Positions 13,271-27,024 of a stretch of DNA of 64,000 nt are shown here, in pieces. Position numbers and translations under genes: made by a program. Origin of the DNA: Camelus ferus (taxonomy: Eukaryota). Where the stretch lies: NCBI RefSeq assembly GCF_009834535.1, contig NC_045697.1:52516001-52580000 (forward strand). Reading direction: 5' to 3'. The first letter of the stretch is position 1; the number at the start of each line of letters is the position of its first letter. The notes beneath the pieces were generated by a model. That model did not search any database, had not been told where the DNA came from, and was given only the letters and a program-made list of their open reading frames with translations.

Positions 13271-16084
13271 AAACACCTATCTGGGCTGTTACAGCTGCAA
13301 CTCTGTTGAGAAAGTGCAGGCAGGCTTCGAATCCACAGTCTTGTGATTCTGATCCTGGATTACAATGCTAGCCTAGGGCCTCCTGTTTTATTTTTTCTGC
13401 TAAGAGGAACAGAAATTGTGATTCCTAATAAAAAAAAATCAACAAGTAAAATGGGAAGGGTCATAATAGATACTTTTCATCCATGTCTACCAGAAGAGTT
13501 GTTGTTTCAAGCGATGATCCATGGGAAAGACATCAGGAGACCAAAAAATGCCTTTAAGTCTGAGCAACAAAGTCGTCTGCAGCCATTCTGACAGCACGAC
13601 AGAGAATGTGAAAAACACTAATAGGCGTGTTGCATTGCTGCGAGATGAAACTGACAACTGTGCCAGTGCCATTTGGGCTAAATCTTACTATAAACAACCA
13701 ATCTGCTCTTCTTTACTCCCAAAGAAGCATTACATGAATAACTTATCGACTGCCCCGCATCCCATCTTAATATTTCTCTCTCCCTCCTTTCTTCTGCTAA
13801 ACCCTCAGATTTATATCCATAATGTGCTTTAAGTTCATGAGATGCACCACTGGAGATCACTACCACATTCACAGCAGAGATTAAAACTGAGGGAAATGAG
13901 ATCTGATGGAAAGCACTTTAGAGAGAGAAAAAGACGGGCATAGCCTGATTTTTAGACTTTTCTTTTTGGCGGATGGAAAACCTCATTTATCATAAAATGT
14001 AATTGTAGATCCCAGAAAAATGATTACCACAAGAAGTGAAAAAGTTGAAGGAAACATGATGGGAGTTTGAATAACAATCTATCTAAAATCCATTTACCAA
14101 AGTCTATGCTTGTATAAAGTATGTGGTGTTTTTCCATCTCCAAAATACCCCATTTATCCTAACATGGCACCATCCTCCTTTCCCATAAGGTTACAAAGTC
14201 CCAATCTTAGTGCTTCCTACGAGTCATACAATGAAGGCTACCACTGAAGGTCACCACTGAAATACACGTGTCCTACCTCGGAGCAGGATGACGAAAACTA
14301 TGCATTGAACTACCTTCCAGTATCTCAGCAGATCTGGAGGTGGAGAAACAAAGAGCCAAGAGTCAGCAGTGCAGGCAGGACACATAAAGGAGAGTGAGCT
14401 ACAGGCAACGAGTGAGGGTCAAGACCCGCTGGCCCGCGTCCACACGTTCCCTTTGCAACAAAGTTTGCTGCCTTACATCTTCAAGGGTAATTTTCATTGA
14501 TAAGGAATATCTCTTACCCTCACACTCGGTGGAATGAATCAAACAATCACTGTGGTCACAGAGAAAAATCACAGAATTTGAGATCTGGAAAGGATCTTAG
14601 AAATTATATAGAAATATCATTTTATAAACAAGAAGACAAGTTCCGAGACATTAAGGGAAACATGCATGTTCAGCAAGTTTTTTTAGGTATTCCTTTCAGC
14701 ATGTTTCTCTTTCTGCCACTACAACACACTTTAAAAATAACTGGGTTGTTTCTGAAGTTTTTAAATATTTCCTTTGCCAAGACTGAAAAAAACATGACCA
14801 TTATTTCCAAACCCCCAATACTAAATACGCAGCTCTAAACTCAAATACATGCCTCTTCCCCATGTCTACAAAAATCACTCTTACCTTAAAACTGAAATAA
14901 CATGGCATCTTACTGAACTATACCATTTTTTGCAATACAACAAAAGCATCAAACACCAAATATAGAAAACAAAACTGGGAATGTGTCAGACTTATCATGG
15001 TGTTATTCATTTCCTCAGCACCTGTCTCCAAATGCCCTATTTCCTATGGCCAAGACAACAGGGAGGCTGGTCGGCGGCCAGTTGGCTGAAGTCACATATC
15101 CTTCCGCCTCATGGCCTCACGGATAGCAAAAATGAATATCCTAACTTGGTTAATTCAACAGCTCGCTCAAACCCAGAACAAAACTTTTCTTTGGAATTAT
15201 AAATCATGTCCACATTACACACATCTAGATGTGTGAGATGTCCTGTTACAAAAAAAAAAAAGATGTTATAAGAATAAACATAATAGCTAGACTAATAAAT
15301 AAAAATTTGCTAAGATTTCACTGATGTTGAACCCCAGAGAACCTCTTAGCAGAGAAGTTTCTCATGGAAAGAACAAGCAAATAAACTGAAGATGACGCTA
15401 AAAAATAAAATGAAACTGGCCACTTATCCATGAGGCTAGACGGAAGAAAATCAAGTCCCATCTGAGAAACAGAAGCCTTTCTACAAACACAGAACCGACT
15501 TATCTCTGAACCGGAACCGTTTCCTGCTGACACCTTCTAACCTGAAGATGGCCCCAGCGTCCAACTGAGGAGACACATTTTCCAGGATGTGAAACTCACC
15601 TTCAGAAGTTCTGAACCGTCCTTCCTACGCTGTTTATTTACTGCGTAACCGAAGGACTCTCACTTTCACGGAAACAGCTAGGTAATTTCCCTGAAAAGCG
15701 TCATACACATCTGACAATATTTGGGCATTTGGTGACTCACAAAATCATTGTTATGAAAGTTGATAAATGCTACTCTTAACGATCAAAGTATAAAGCACTA
15801 TTAACCTGAAAGGTTGAACTTAATCCTTCAAAACACAGTCCTTCACCAACCTTTGTGGAAACTAAGCCTTTATTGACCTCTGTTCTCTGCCTCCTCTCTC
15901 CACCCAAGGCTGCCTGCAGAGCCGCAGGAAGAAAACAGCACACCTGTGACATTCGTGCCTCACCAGCAGCCCGTCCATGACCACCAGAGTAGGGTATATC
16001 AAATGTATGTCTCCTCTGGGACTAAGGTGGCTCATGAGGCACTCATTACTAATGTTGGATTACACTGGAGAGAGTAAATTTAAA

Positions 16085-16290
16085 TAGTAACAATAATTAA
16101 CAATTGTGTGGCAGTTTACAGTCCCCAGAAGGCTTCTAAATATTTTACCTCATTTGAGGCTCCCAAGTCCCAAGATGGGGAGAGGAGATGGAAACAGAGC
16201 CTCAGCAGGTCACAGGGCTATTAAGTGACAGAAGCAGAAGCTGAACCCAGGTCTTCTGATTTCAAATACTATGGTACTGAGCTCTCTTTC
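16085..16290 (-). mobile_element. MIR SINE
   Basis: ttttacctcatttgagg...ggtcacagggctattaagtgacagaagcagaagctgaacccaggtcttctgatttcaaa. Confidence 0.75.
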
Positions 16291-17354
16291 CACTGTGGCA
16301 TCAGAAACTATTGCATTGGTGAATTTAAAACTGTATATATCTATGCAGCAAACTTGATAGTCAGAAGTGAGGCTAAGTAATGATCTACGGAAACAACCAC
16401 ACGTGAGAAGACAAAGAGTAAGCAAGGTTTTAACGATGAACATGCGATATGATTTTGCAGAGAAGGCATGTGATGCTACAGGGGCAGCTCCAGGATTCAG
16501 GGATGATAATGAGGTCCACGAGCTAAAGCAGCGCCGAGTGTCTACCTGGAGCCACAGATCCTTTCCAGGATGCTGACGGTTTACAGTACAGGGGCTGCAG
16601 TGGCGTGCCTCTGGGCAGGGCACAGTTAATGCAGATTCTTCAAGGACTCTGTCCCACGGCCAAGTCTCTAGCTGAGTTTTACAAGGACCTCTTTGTCTTG
16701 GGCCCCCTCCCGACACATGGGAAACCTCAGAACGTCTCTTGCCACCGAGTGCAACTAAGCTGAGCCACTTGGTATTACTGGCTCTCAAGGGTGGCCAGCT
16801 AGTTGAGCCAAGACATATTTCCAATATTTCTCAGTCCTGTGAACAACCTATAGTTTGTAAGAGCTTGTCTTTCATCTTTAATAAAAGATTAGGGGGTATT
16901 TTTTTTCCAATAATACTTTAAAATCCAGATAATTTGAGAGAACAAAGTGATATCCAATGGAGAATAATTTCTTATTTTCTGTCCTTTATTTCCTATCACT
17001 CAGCCAATATGACAAACTGATATATCTGTGGAAATGACGTATCTGTAAAGACAGAATACTTCTCCCTTTCAACCTGAGAAAGCAGATCTTTAAGTATGTG
17101 TAATAAGTGGAGAATTATTTGAAATCACCAACTCCAAGATATGCCAAACACACAGAAGAAACACACTCTTTTTAAACTAGGACAATATTAAGGAGACAAT
17201 ACAGATAATAAGTAGAAATAATCAAATCATACTTCAGTTTTCCCACATCCTTTTTTGATGTTTAAAACATTATGATTTAGTCCAGTGTATCTAAAAGTAA
17301 CTTATAGCCCCCAAACAGACAATACATCCAACTCTGAATAAAAATAAACCCAAG

Positions 17355-17551
17355 AAGGGAAGGAAAATAACTCAGTGGTAGAGCACATGCTTAGCATATA
17401 CAAGGTCCTGGGTTCAATCCAGTATCTCCATTAAAAAGAAAGAAGGAGAAGGAGAAGGAGAAGGAGAAGAAGAAGAAGAAGAAGAAGAAGAAGAAGGAGA
17501 AGAAGAAGAAGGAGAAGAAGAAGAAAAAGAAAGGGAAAAAAAAAAACCTCA
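17355..17551 (+). mobile_element. tRNA-derived SINE (camelid Vic-1-like) with expanded purine tail and TSD
   Basis: taactcagtggtagagcacatgcttagcatatacaaggtcctgggttcaatcc contains A and B boxes. TSD is AAAAATAAACCCAAG (17340-17354) / AAAAATAACCCCAAG (17552-17566). Confidence 0.9.
17433..17546. repeat. (GAA)n/(GGAGAA)n microsatellite, pure polypurine
   Basis: Read directly from the sequence. Confidence 0.95.
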
Positions 17552-18789
17552 AAAAATAACCCCAAGGAGCCTAAAGTTTTGCCATTTAGCCAGACACTTC
17601 TCATAACACAGAAATGCTGCGTGCTACTAAAAAGTACAAATTGGATTTTTAGGCTCATGGTTCATTCATCATTACACATGAGCTAGGTCAATTTCTAATC
17701 ATATCTCTTGCAAAACACAAGTTAATATCTTTCTACATGTGCATTTAAAGGCATACAAATCCAAAGAGAGAGGAGTAGAAAGATAACCCTGGAAAGGGCT
17801 CAAGCAAAGGGATGAAGAGAGGCTTTGATTTTCTGCTCCATTATTTATTCTGTATTATATTACTTTTGATTCCATTTTGTTTAAACTATAAAAATACATT
17901 AAAATTTTATTTGAATTAGATAAAGAAAGAAAATTAAAAAACAAAACAAATTTAAAAGATTTGATTCAAGGCAGGACAAGTTAAGCCCTAGAAACAAGCG
18001 CTGAATGGTACAGTGCTTCAGAGACGGAGGAGAGGGCAGCCGGTACCATGGATGAACACACTCCAATAATGAAGGCTCTCTCAAGGTGAAAAGGCCAGAG
18101 GGACGACAAATATTTTCTTCTCCAATCAATGCTGAAAAGGGATTCGGTTCTGTGATTGCCTCCTCTCTCAGGAAAATCAAGGTAAAGACTGAAAATCCCT
18201 TCCGTGGGTATTGAAAAGGATGTGTGTATTCCCAACTAGAGGTAAAAGCCAGTCCAGAGGTGCTGCGTTAATAACTAGGGTTTGCAGCCTCAAGGTCTAA
18301 CTGTCCCCTAGGATCAAGAGAGAGTCCCTGTCCATCTCCAAGCTCAGAAGCAGAGTAACAGTCCCTAGCTGCTGTCTGCTAGACTCGGATGGAAAATGAC
18401 TTGAATTCGCAGCAGGGTAAGAATATCAGTGGATGGCTCTGAAGGAGGAGAAATTCAAAAAAAGGCAAGTTTAGGGAGGAGAAAAGGGGCTTATCCCTTT
18501 GCCACAGTCCATGACTGTTCCAAGAATGTCATTTTAAATTGTAAGGAGCAGAAGTCTGGCTCAGGAAGGATTCAGCCTAAAATACTACCAGACGCCACAG
18601 AGTAGGAGCTGAAGAATGCTCCAGCTCCCAGAAGGAGGTCCCAGGTGCTAAGCCGAACTGTCAATCATTCCAAATTACACTGTGGTGGCAAAGCCTCAGC
18701 TCCTACCTCTAAAGAGAATGCCACCTCTGTATGCCCTCTGGTACAGCATTGATCACACTGCGGTGTGACGCTTCGTGGCAGAAGCTTCC

Positions 18790-19258
18790 GGTTCTGCTTA
18801 CGCCTTCACCCAGCAATTCCACATTTTGGAATTTATTCTGAAGACCTAACCATGGATGTGCTCAAGGATTTAACCACAGGGATGTTTGTTAAAGCACTAC
18901 TTATGGTAACTGAAATGAATCTGGAAACGGGGGGAATGGTTAAATAAACTCTGGGGCATCTGTACAACAGGCTTAAAATGATACTGGGTTAGCTAAAAAC
19001 TATACAGTGACCTAGGAAGATGTTTGTGAGACACTGAGAAAAGAGCAGGTTATGAAAAATAGTATGTATTTACAGTACAACACCATTTTTGTCAAAAAAA
19101 GCCTATGTTTAATGTACAAACTTCGGAGGATACACCTAAAACATCTATGGCCATCTATAGATCCTAAGTGATTGTTACATTGTTCTTTTTGCCTATCAAT
19201 ATTAATTTTATTTACTTCAATACATATTCACATATTATTACCTCTGTAATAAAAAATA
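18790..19258 (+). mobile_element. Old L1 (L1ME-like) fragment
   Basis: cccagcaattccacattttggaatttattct...gggatgtttgttaaagcact...gaatggttaaataaact. Confidence 0.7.
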
Positions 19259-22200
19259 TATTTTGAAGTAAAATAACACCTAAATCTATACTTATAACCA
19301 TGATGTTCCCAAACTTTATTCCTTTGTTTCCAATCATCACTCCCTACAGAAATGAGCTCTATTCCCCTCTTCAGTCATTGAAATTGCTGCCCTCGGTCAT
19401 CCGCACCTAGAAACTTAAGGTCTGAATGAGCATACTTCACAACTTTAGCACACCTAAGTGGTCAACATTGTAGAAAGATAAATAAATAGTCTCATAAAAG
19501 CAGTAAGTTGTAAAGAATCTGTTTTCTGGAACAAGATTAAATTTCCTTTACAAAGGAGAAAACTAAACTACCTTTTTGACAAGTGACATTTCATGTTTTA
19601 AATTCAACATAGCTATAAATATAATCTTTGTAACAACTGTGGGTACCATTTGTTCTTTACATATCATTGGCTAAAGAAAACCCAACTACTTTTAAGACAG
19701 CAATCCTAATGTTTAAAAGAGAACATACAACAGATAGCAATCAGTCTGGTAAGGGGCAATCTCTGTTTTTTGTCCTTAAATCGTTGGCATGTTTCATCTT
19801 CTATAATTAATGTCAAACTCTCCCTCACAAGCAGTTTCCAGATGTCTTCCTTAAACTACAGCTAGTCAGTCTCTGATTCATCACGTGTTCAGGAATGCTC
19901 TCCTAACAGGCACACTCGCTAGTTCACTGCAAAAGAAATATTAGTACCAACTCCCCTGCCATTAAAAACCAAACATTTCAAACTTGTTTAATCTCTTTCA
20001 GGGCCAGTTGTAGACATACATTCTTCCCTTAGCCAGGTCCCAACCCAATTTAAAAACATCCAAACATGAACTTACATCAGCCCAGGATCTAATGTGATGA
20101 GTCTACCAAGGTCCCCAAGAACCTGAATCACGTGCCAAGGGAAACGTGATGAACAGGCTGCTCTAGAGGGAAGACACATGTCACACCCGTCAGGGGACTC
20201 GAGTCCACTGCAGGACTAGACAGCATCACCGAGGAAACCTTTCCTAACTGGAGAATTCACTTCTCCCTTAAACTCAAAGAAATCGTACTGCTATTTTACT
20301 TAGTTTATTTTTCTGAATGTTCCACCTTTCTCTGGAAAGAATTTTCTGTAGTGACTAGTATACTCCTAATTTTGGAAGGAACATGAAAACTATCTCTGGA
20401 AATTTTTGTCAGGAAATTTAGTTCTCCTTTACAGCCACTGGAGACCTGGAGACCCTAACTTTTTCCTTGGAATTTCTTCATCATGTACTCCAGAAACCAA
20501 CTGGGAAACCATGACCTCAGCCTTCAAGGATGTTATGAAAGCTCCTCTCTCCTGCTGGCTCACAGTAAGAGGACAGCTCATACAGTGAGCGCTTTCAATA
20601 TGAGTGCTCAGACCTTAAGAGTGACGGGGGTATGTCCTGGATTGTACACGGATACCCTGAAAGCTCCAAACACATGCAATGGAAAGAAAAATAGTTACCC
20701 CAAACATAAGTACTAAGAGAAGTATCTAACTGACCCAGAAGACCCACCACTGAATTGACTTTGCCAAAGGACCTTCTCATGGGACACCAGCCATCTATGG
20801 ACTCACGGAGCCAGCTCAGTAGAACTTGGGGAACTTGACTGGTTTCTAGTCAAGACGTGGTTAAGGGTGTCATTCGTCTCATTATACAAAGTCCTCTGTC
20901 TCTTTCTGGGTGTGTGTTGGTGGTACCTGTGCTTCTTCTAAGCAAGATATTTGTTTTTAATTCATGGTCTCTGTAAGTGGAGTAAGCAATCAAGTGTCAC
21001 AGTTGCTTTGACTAGTAGAAATTTAAAACCAAAAGTTAGGCCCACATATACCACATGACCATGACTACTCCATGATTTACATTTGTTCTTTCTTGAGCCC
21101 ACTTAAGTTGCTATCTTTTTTTCCCTTTCATTTTCCCACTTATTTATAATTTATTCTGTATTCTTTTCATTTAAGTAATAACTATACATCACCTCGTTTT
21201 TGGCAACAAGGTAGAGTTCAAACAAGTAAATTTAGAAAGTTTCTAGACCTTCTGAAAACTATTGGCTCAATTCAACATACATCCTATATGGACAACAGCT
21301 TTGGGGAAATCAAGAAGAAACACGCTATCATAGCAAAACTGTATTTAGCACCTGGTTAGTTCTCGGCAACTACTACCTGAACATAAAGAAAAATGAGCTA
21401 AAGGCAAAAAAAAAAAAAAAAAAAAAAGTTAATTCCATCTTTACCTCCACCTCTTCTCAACTAGTTTCTTGTGATATGATTATAAATTCAAAATCGTATA
21501 TTTAACTCACCAGAAAAGCACAACATTTTCATCTACTTGCACCTATGTTAGATTATATTGTAGCTATAGCTTCAGGTTTTATAACTAATGACACTACCAC
21601 TAACTAGTTGAACAGGAGATAAATCAAAAAGTTTGTTTTCTTTCTACAAATTTCTTTCTTTGAGTCATGAAAAAGTGTCTGCTGCCTTTTAAATGAGCTC
21701 TTCACTGAATCTAATCTGTCGCCAACATTTATTCAACTAGACCGATGTTTCTTTAAAAATGGCCAGGTTCTTTTAACATCACATTTAATAAGAAGGCACT
21801 AAATTTAGAGTGCTGATCCAGTGTTGACCAGAACTTCTTTGGTGCCCCCAAATCCATGTAAATTAATGTCAATTAGTTTCATAAACTTTAATCAGATTCT
21901 TATTGTTTCCCACAACTCAACATTTTTGACAAACACTTCAAAGCTCATCCATTAGCAGACATCAAATAATAATAGCCAGGAGGAGGCTTTCAAACTGGCC
22001 TCTCCATTTGCCCAAGGATTTTGTGAATCCAAGTAAGCCCAACAGTTCAGCGTGGAGAGCCGCTCTCTCACAGACTCACCAGCTCCCCTGGTTGGTTTGC
22101 ATAACATGAGAACTCTAACCTCAGCCTCTTCCTGAACTGACCTCATGATTTCCCTTGAAATATTGAAGACCCAGATACCCAGTCATATGTGCTAAAGCAA

Positions 22201-22409
22201 TTACAGAGGGATTTATTTATTAAACATTAATCCTCTTGTCATGCAGAGTACCTAGAAAATCCCTGATGCACTTTTGCACTGAAACTTTACTGGAAACACA
22301 TTTTTCTAAGACTCCAAAGACCTTTCCCTTAACAAATCCGATAGGCCTTTCTCAAGTTTCAGTCCCTGTGGCCTCTATGCTTCATTTAGCACCGTTGAAA
22401 TTCTCTCCT

Positions 22410-23345
22410 CGCATGGTTTCCCTGGATGTTCTCTGTGTTCTTCTGCTACCCCTTTGTCTCATTTGCTGACTTTCCTTTTTGTCTGCCTCCACCCTCTTGG
22501 CTGGCAACACCTCCAAAGGTCCGGAACTGGCTTTCTGCATTTCTCCTTCAGTATCCACCACTGTGAAACATACACCACGTGCATTACTGAACTGTCACCT
22601 CGGACAGGTGCCTCAAAAATCAATGATTAAGGCTCTCCAATTGTGATCCCATCTCCAGTTCCTGACTCGTCATCTCAGGCTACACCCCTGACACCTGAAA
22701 CGTAACATCTCAAAAACTGAGCTCATTTTTTCCCCAACCCAGCAGACTTTCCCAACACCCTCCCACTAAACCCTAATTACCTGTGATTACAAAACAGCCG
22801 CTTACCACCACCTCTAGCTCTACCACTCCAATCCTCCGGAGATATTTATCCTGCTGTATCTCTCATTTGGGGCTCATCACATGTGTTCAAGTACTTGTGG
22901 CATGTTCCTACAGCTATCACATCAAATCAATAGTCAAATTCGTCATAAATTATCCATGGCTGTGGAAGTTTTATCCGGACCAAGCCAGTGTGCTTAGGAA
23001 CCAGCACGTTACTGTCATTTCCATACCTGTGTCCTCACATTTACCATCCTCCCCACTCAAAATGCCATCCTCACTTTTATTTGCCAATTTATGTTTCTCT
23101 TTCATCCAGTTCAAAATTCATCTCCTTCCTCCGTTAGCAGCATATCTCAAGCACCACTCCCTTAATCACGCAATACTTAGATATTTTATTTACACTGTTT
23201 TTTTCACTTACTGGTATGTTACTTGGCAAGGACTCGCAACTTGTGTTGTCTGCACACATTGTCCTTATCCCTGCTGGATTATAAAACTATTGGAAGCAGG
23301 GAACCTCTCTCATTTACAGTAACATTTTTAGTTGGTATATGAGAA
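22410..23345 (+). mobile_element. Degenerate L2 fragments
   Basis: caaaaactgagctcattttttcccc and ggattataaaactattggaagcaggga L2-like motifs. Confidence 0.45.
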
Positions 23346-25379
23346 CATTCAGAACATTTTGGTACTCTACACAGGACACAACAGTGCCAGCAGGTGTCCA
23401 CTAACTAGTTGTTCATTAGTAACACAGTTGTCATGGCTGGCCAATGTCATAATCCTATACCCAAATTCTGTAACTAGAAGAAACACTACACATCCAATGC
23501 ATGTTTCAACCAACAGTCCAAAAAGATGTAATTTCCTTCAATAAGAAGTTTAAAAATATTCCATTATAAACTCTTTCTCTCTTCAAATGAGGTTTATCTC
23601 CTTCCTCATATTTTCCTCCTCAGTTTGTCCACCTGTTGGAAGGAAAAGAATTTAATTTCTTATCTAATCTAATTACTTATTCCTGTCTGTGTTGGAATCT
23701 TGGATCCTCCAGCTGCTTTGCTCAGTGCTGTTCTCAAAGGCATAAGAAAGCACATTCTCAAGGTCAGCCTAGGCCTCTGCTTAAGTCCCTAAAGCTTAAG
23801 AACCTAGAATGTAATTCCACCAGACACCCTAAAAGTCAAAAATCTGCCTGCATTTGACTCAAAGGTACAAAGGTATTTTGATGCCAGTCATACAAAGGAG
23901 AAACAAACAAGAATTAGAATTGACTTTCTCTTAACTCATAGCATGAAGTGAGGGGGAAAAAAACAGAATGCTCTCCATAGCATTTCCATGGAGTTTTTTT
24001 TTAATTGAATAAGTAACTGAGCTACACAAGATATCTCAAGTGGTGATGCCCTTGAGATGCCCTTGAAAGCTTCACGAGAAGCCCTACCCTTGCTCCTTAT
24101 TCTCAAGCCAAACCATCAAGAGCTGCATGGACTCACTGTCTTCATCAGAAAGCAGGGCCTCTGACACTTTCACCAACCTTCCCTGATAGAAAGCACTTAG
24201 AAAACATAGGCCTGAATTGATGTATCCAAGATCTTCCACTCATGGCTTTCAACAGGGCACCACACAAGATGGAATCAATTCAAACAAGACATCATCCTGA
24301 ACATTGCTCCTTTCTGGCCCAGTTCCCTACACTATCAGAACCAAAAGATGTTAATATGCAGTCAGTATGTATTAAAGGTCAGATGGATACGGACAGATGC
24401 TAAATGCACTTTGGTAGACAGATAATTTTAAAGTGTAGGGGAGACATATTAGATGCTGGGAACTTTCATCACCATCAGTAATAGATGATATAAGGTCATG
24501 ATAAAAGCTTGACTTGAAATTTTTAAAAAGATGCTTCAAGTCATTTATTCACACAGAATCTTGGTGAAATTTAGTAAATACAAAATACTTTGTTTTAACT
24601 CATAGTTCAAAGTAGGATTCAGAGCAAAACAAAATATTTAAACATTTTGTTTATTTCCTCCGTGTTAAAACTGATCATTGGATTATAACCAGAACTACCC
24701 AAAGCAAAATTTTTATTTTGAACTTTCAAAAGGAAACCCAGGATAAATATAGCATCATTGAGACTTTTCTCTCAAGGGGAGAAAAGCACTAGAACAAAAA
24801 ATACAAGCTGTGTCTGGTGAAAGCAAACTTCTGACTTAAACACAAAGGCTATGCTGTACATTGAAGATACAGAGACAACCACCATCAAGAGCATTGGCAT
24901 GAAGGCCAAATGCCAGTTGGCACTCGTAACGGAAATATGATCCCATTAAATGAAAGACTGACTGACACTCAAAAGCCTATAAAACACAGGACAACTCTAT
25001 AGCTCCTTCAAGAAGAATGGCTAACATTATCCGAGTGCACACAGACTACAACTTACACTTTTCCCACCCTTTGTACTTCCGGTGTCTGAAAAGCAGAAAG
25101 TACTATTTTTATCAAGTTTTCTAAAAATGTACACTTGTATTTCCTTTCATTTGGTTTTAATTTTTTATTTTGAACATTTGTTTTCCTTCCTCTTAGATCT
25201 TTCTTTCTGTTACTTTGTTTTTCTAGAATGAGTTGTAGCATGGCTTTGTATAACGTATACTGGCAACTTGCTGTCGTCTGTACTGGTAACTTGCCTGGAA
25301 ATACTACCACCCAGCCTCTGAGGACAAGACGTCTATTTAGAGGATTGTAATCAATCTAGGCAATCTGCCTTCACACTAC

Positions 25380-25820
25380 CCAGGGTAAGAGCATGAACTT
25401 TGGCGTCAGACAAACCTAACTCAAATATTGGCTCTGCCACTTACTTAAAGGTGTGACCTTAAGAAGTTACCCTTACTTAATCTCATCAAGAGCCAACTTC
25501 TTTTTAAAAGGTCATGATAATAAAAAAGATAATAATACTACTTACCTCACAGCCTTCTTATGAAGATTCAAAGAGAGAATGAACAAAATGTCTATGAGAG
25601 TCCCTGGCACATGGTAAATCCCGCCTAATTTTGAAGTAAAAATGATGCAGGTTAGAGTATCACTTTTACCATTTACTCACAACCTTAAACTTTCTAACTC
25701 ACAAATGGAAATGACAATACCACCAACACAAGATTGTGATAAAGGTCAACTGAGACAATGTCAGTGAAAATACTGCTTAATAGGATAGCCATACACAATT
25801 GTAAGGTGATGTTACTCTGT
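25380..25820 (+). mobile_element. Two MIR elements
   Basis: taagagcatgaactttggcgtcagac...ggctctgccacttact...cctggcacatggta, then a second core aaatggaaatgacaatacc. Confidence 0.75.
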
Positions 25821-26071
25821 TCAACTTAATAAGCTAAGTGTTTTCTGAATGTCATCACCGAAAGCAACATATAACGTCTGAGCTAATTTTGAACAATGTT
25901 ATAGAAATTGCTGGTGATGATTCCAGTTTGGTTGAGTGTCACTGTGTTTCAACACGCCATAAGAAGAGACACATGCTAGGGGAAAAACACAAGCCTCCAA
26001 AGCAATGGCGCCTTCGACAACACAACGAAAGCATCCACCACCTGGCAAGCAGGAAAGCATCGTCCTTTACA

Positions 26072-26262
26072 CCAGTGCTGTTCAATGGTTGGTCTTCTGA
26101 CCACTGGCAAGAGAACCCACGTGGTGTACTTTTTTATAAAACGCTCCTGAGCCCCACCCCAACTTACTTAATCAAATCTCTGGGAGTGAGGCCCCCAAAT
26201 CTGAACTTTTAACAAGCCCTCCAAGGGATTCTGATGTCCACTCAAGTGTAAGAAACTGCTGC
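26072..26262. mobile_element. MER5A-like DNA transposon
   Basis: cagtgctgttcaa...gccccacccc...aatctctgggagtgaggccc...ttttaacaagccctccaagggattctgatg...aagaaactgctg. Confidence 0.8.
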
Positions 26263-26744
26263 TTCAAAGTCTTCATTATGCAAAATCACAATAAACACAA
26301 CCTAGCATTTGTCACTGTGGAAAATTATTAACCAGAAACAAAGAAGGAAAGACATCTTACCACAAAATTGTAATCTAAGTACAAATTTTGAAATAGACAA
26401 GGTAAACAAAGTTCCAAAAAAAAGTGAGATTTAACTTTTCTTGTAAGTACAAATTTTCAATGGCATTTTATAGAGTAATATAAGAATTATTGTACAAGTG
26501 GTCATTATTGAGCAGTCTGGTGTCTCTACCAGCGCTCTGGTTATTGACTTTGCTTCCCTTAACACCTGCCATCTTGCCTGTGTCAGCCTTATAAGCAGGA
26601 GCTGAAAATCAGCATACTTCCAAGTTCAAGCTTTCACTGAACTTGCCTAAAATACTACCACCCATCTTTTTTTCCCAAGTGCTTTGACCTTGTATTGGGT
26701 AGTCACCATGTAATTTGTCCATATCGCTTCTTTTATTTAAAAAA

Positions 26745-27024
26745 ATTTTTATTGAAGTGTAGTTGATTTACAATGTTAGCCTCAAGAGTACAGCAAAGTG
26801 TTTCAGTTATACATATACATACATATATTTTTTTCCTTTGATTCTTTTCCATTATATGTTACTACAAGAAATTGAATATAGTTCCATGTGTTATACAGTG
26901 GGTCCTTGTTGTTTATCTGTTTTATATATAGTAGCATGTATCTGGCTAATCCTCAACCCCTAATTTATTCCTCCCTGCCCTTTCCCCTTTGGTAACCATG
27001 GTTTGGTCTCTAGGTCCGTGAGTC
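26745..27024 (-). mobile_element. L1 3' UTR, cetartiodactyl type
   Basis: tttttattgaagtgtagttgatttacaatgtt...tgaatatagttccatgtgttatacagtgggtccttgttg...ttggtaaccat. Confidence 0.88.

Noticed and set aside
16210..16824. Longest ORF in the window (204 aa)
   Set aside because: No recognisable domain, it ends inside a MIR, and the start codon is not ATG. Consistent with chance.
17431..17658. Poly-leucine ORF resembling a signal or transmembrane peptide
   Set aside because: It is simply the translation of the (TTC/CTC)n microsatellite.
22783..23322. 179-aa ORF
   Set aside because: Overlaps decayed L2 sequence and shows no protein similarity I can recognise.
23386..23402. CTCF-like motif (also near 61263)
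   Set aside because: Both deviate in the conserved GGC core, and matches this weak are expected by chance.
24045..24066. 11-bp tandem duplication GATGCCCTTGA x2
   Set aside because: Ordinary micro-duplication with no further structure.
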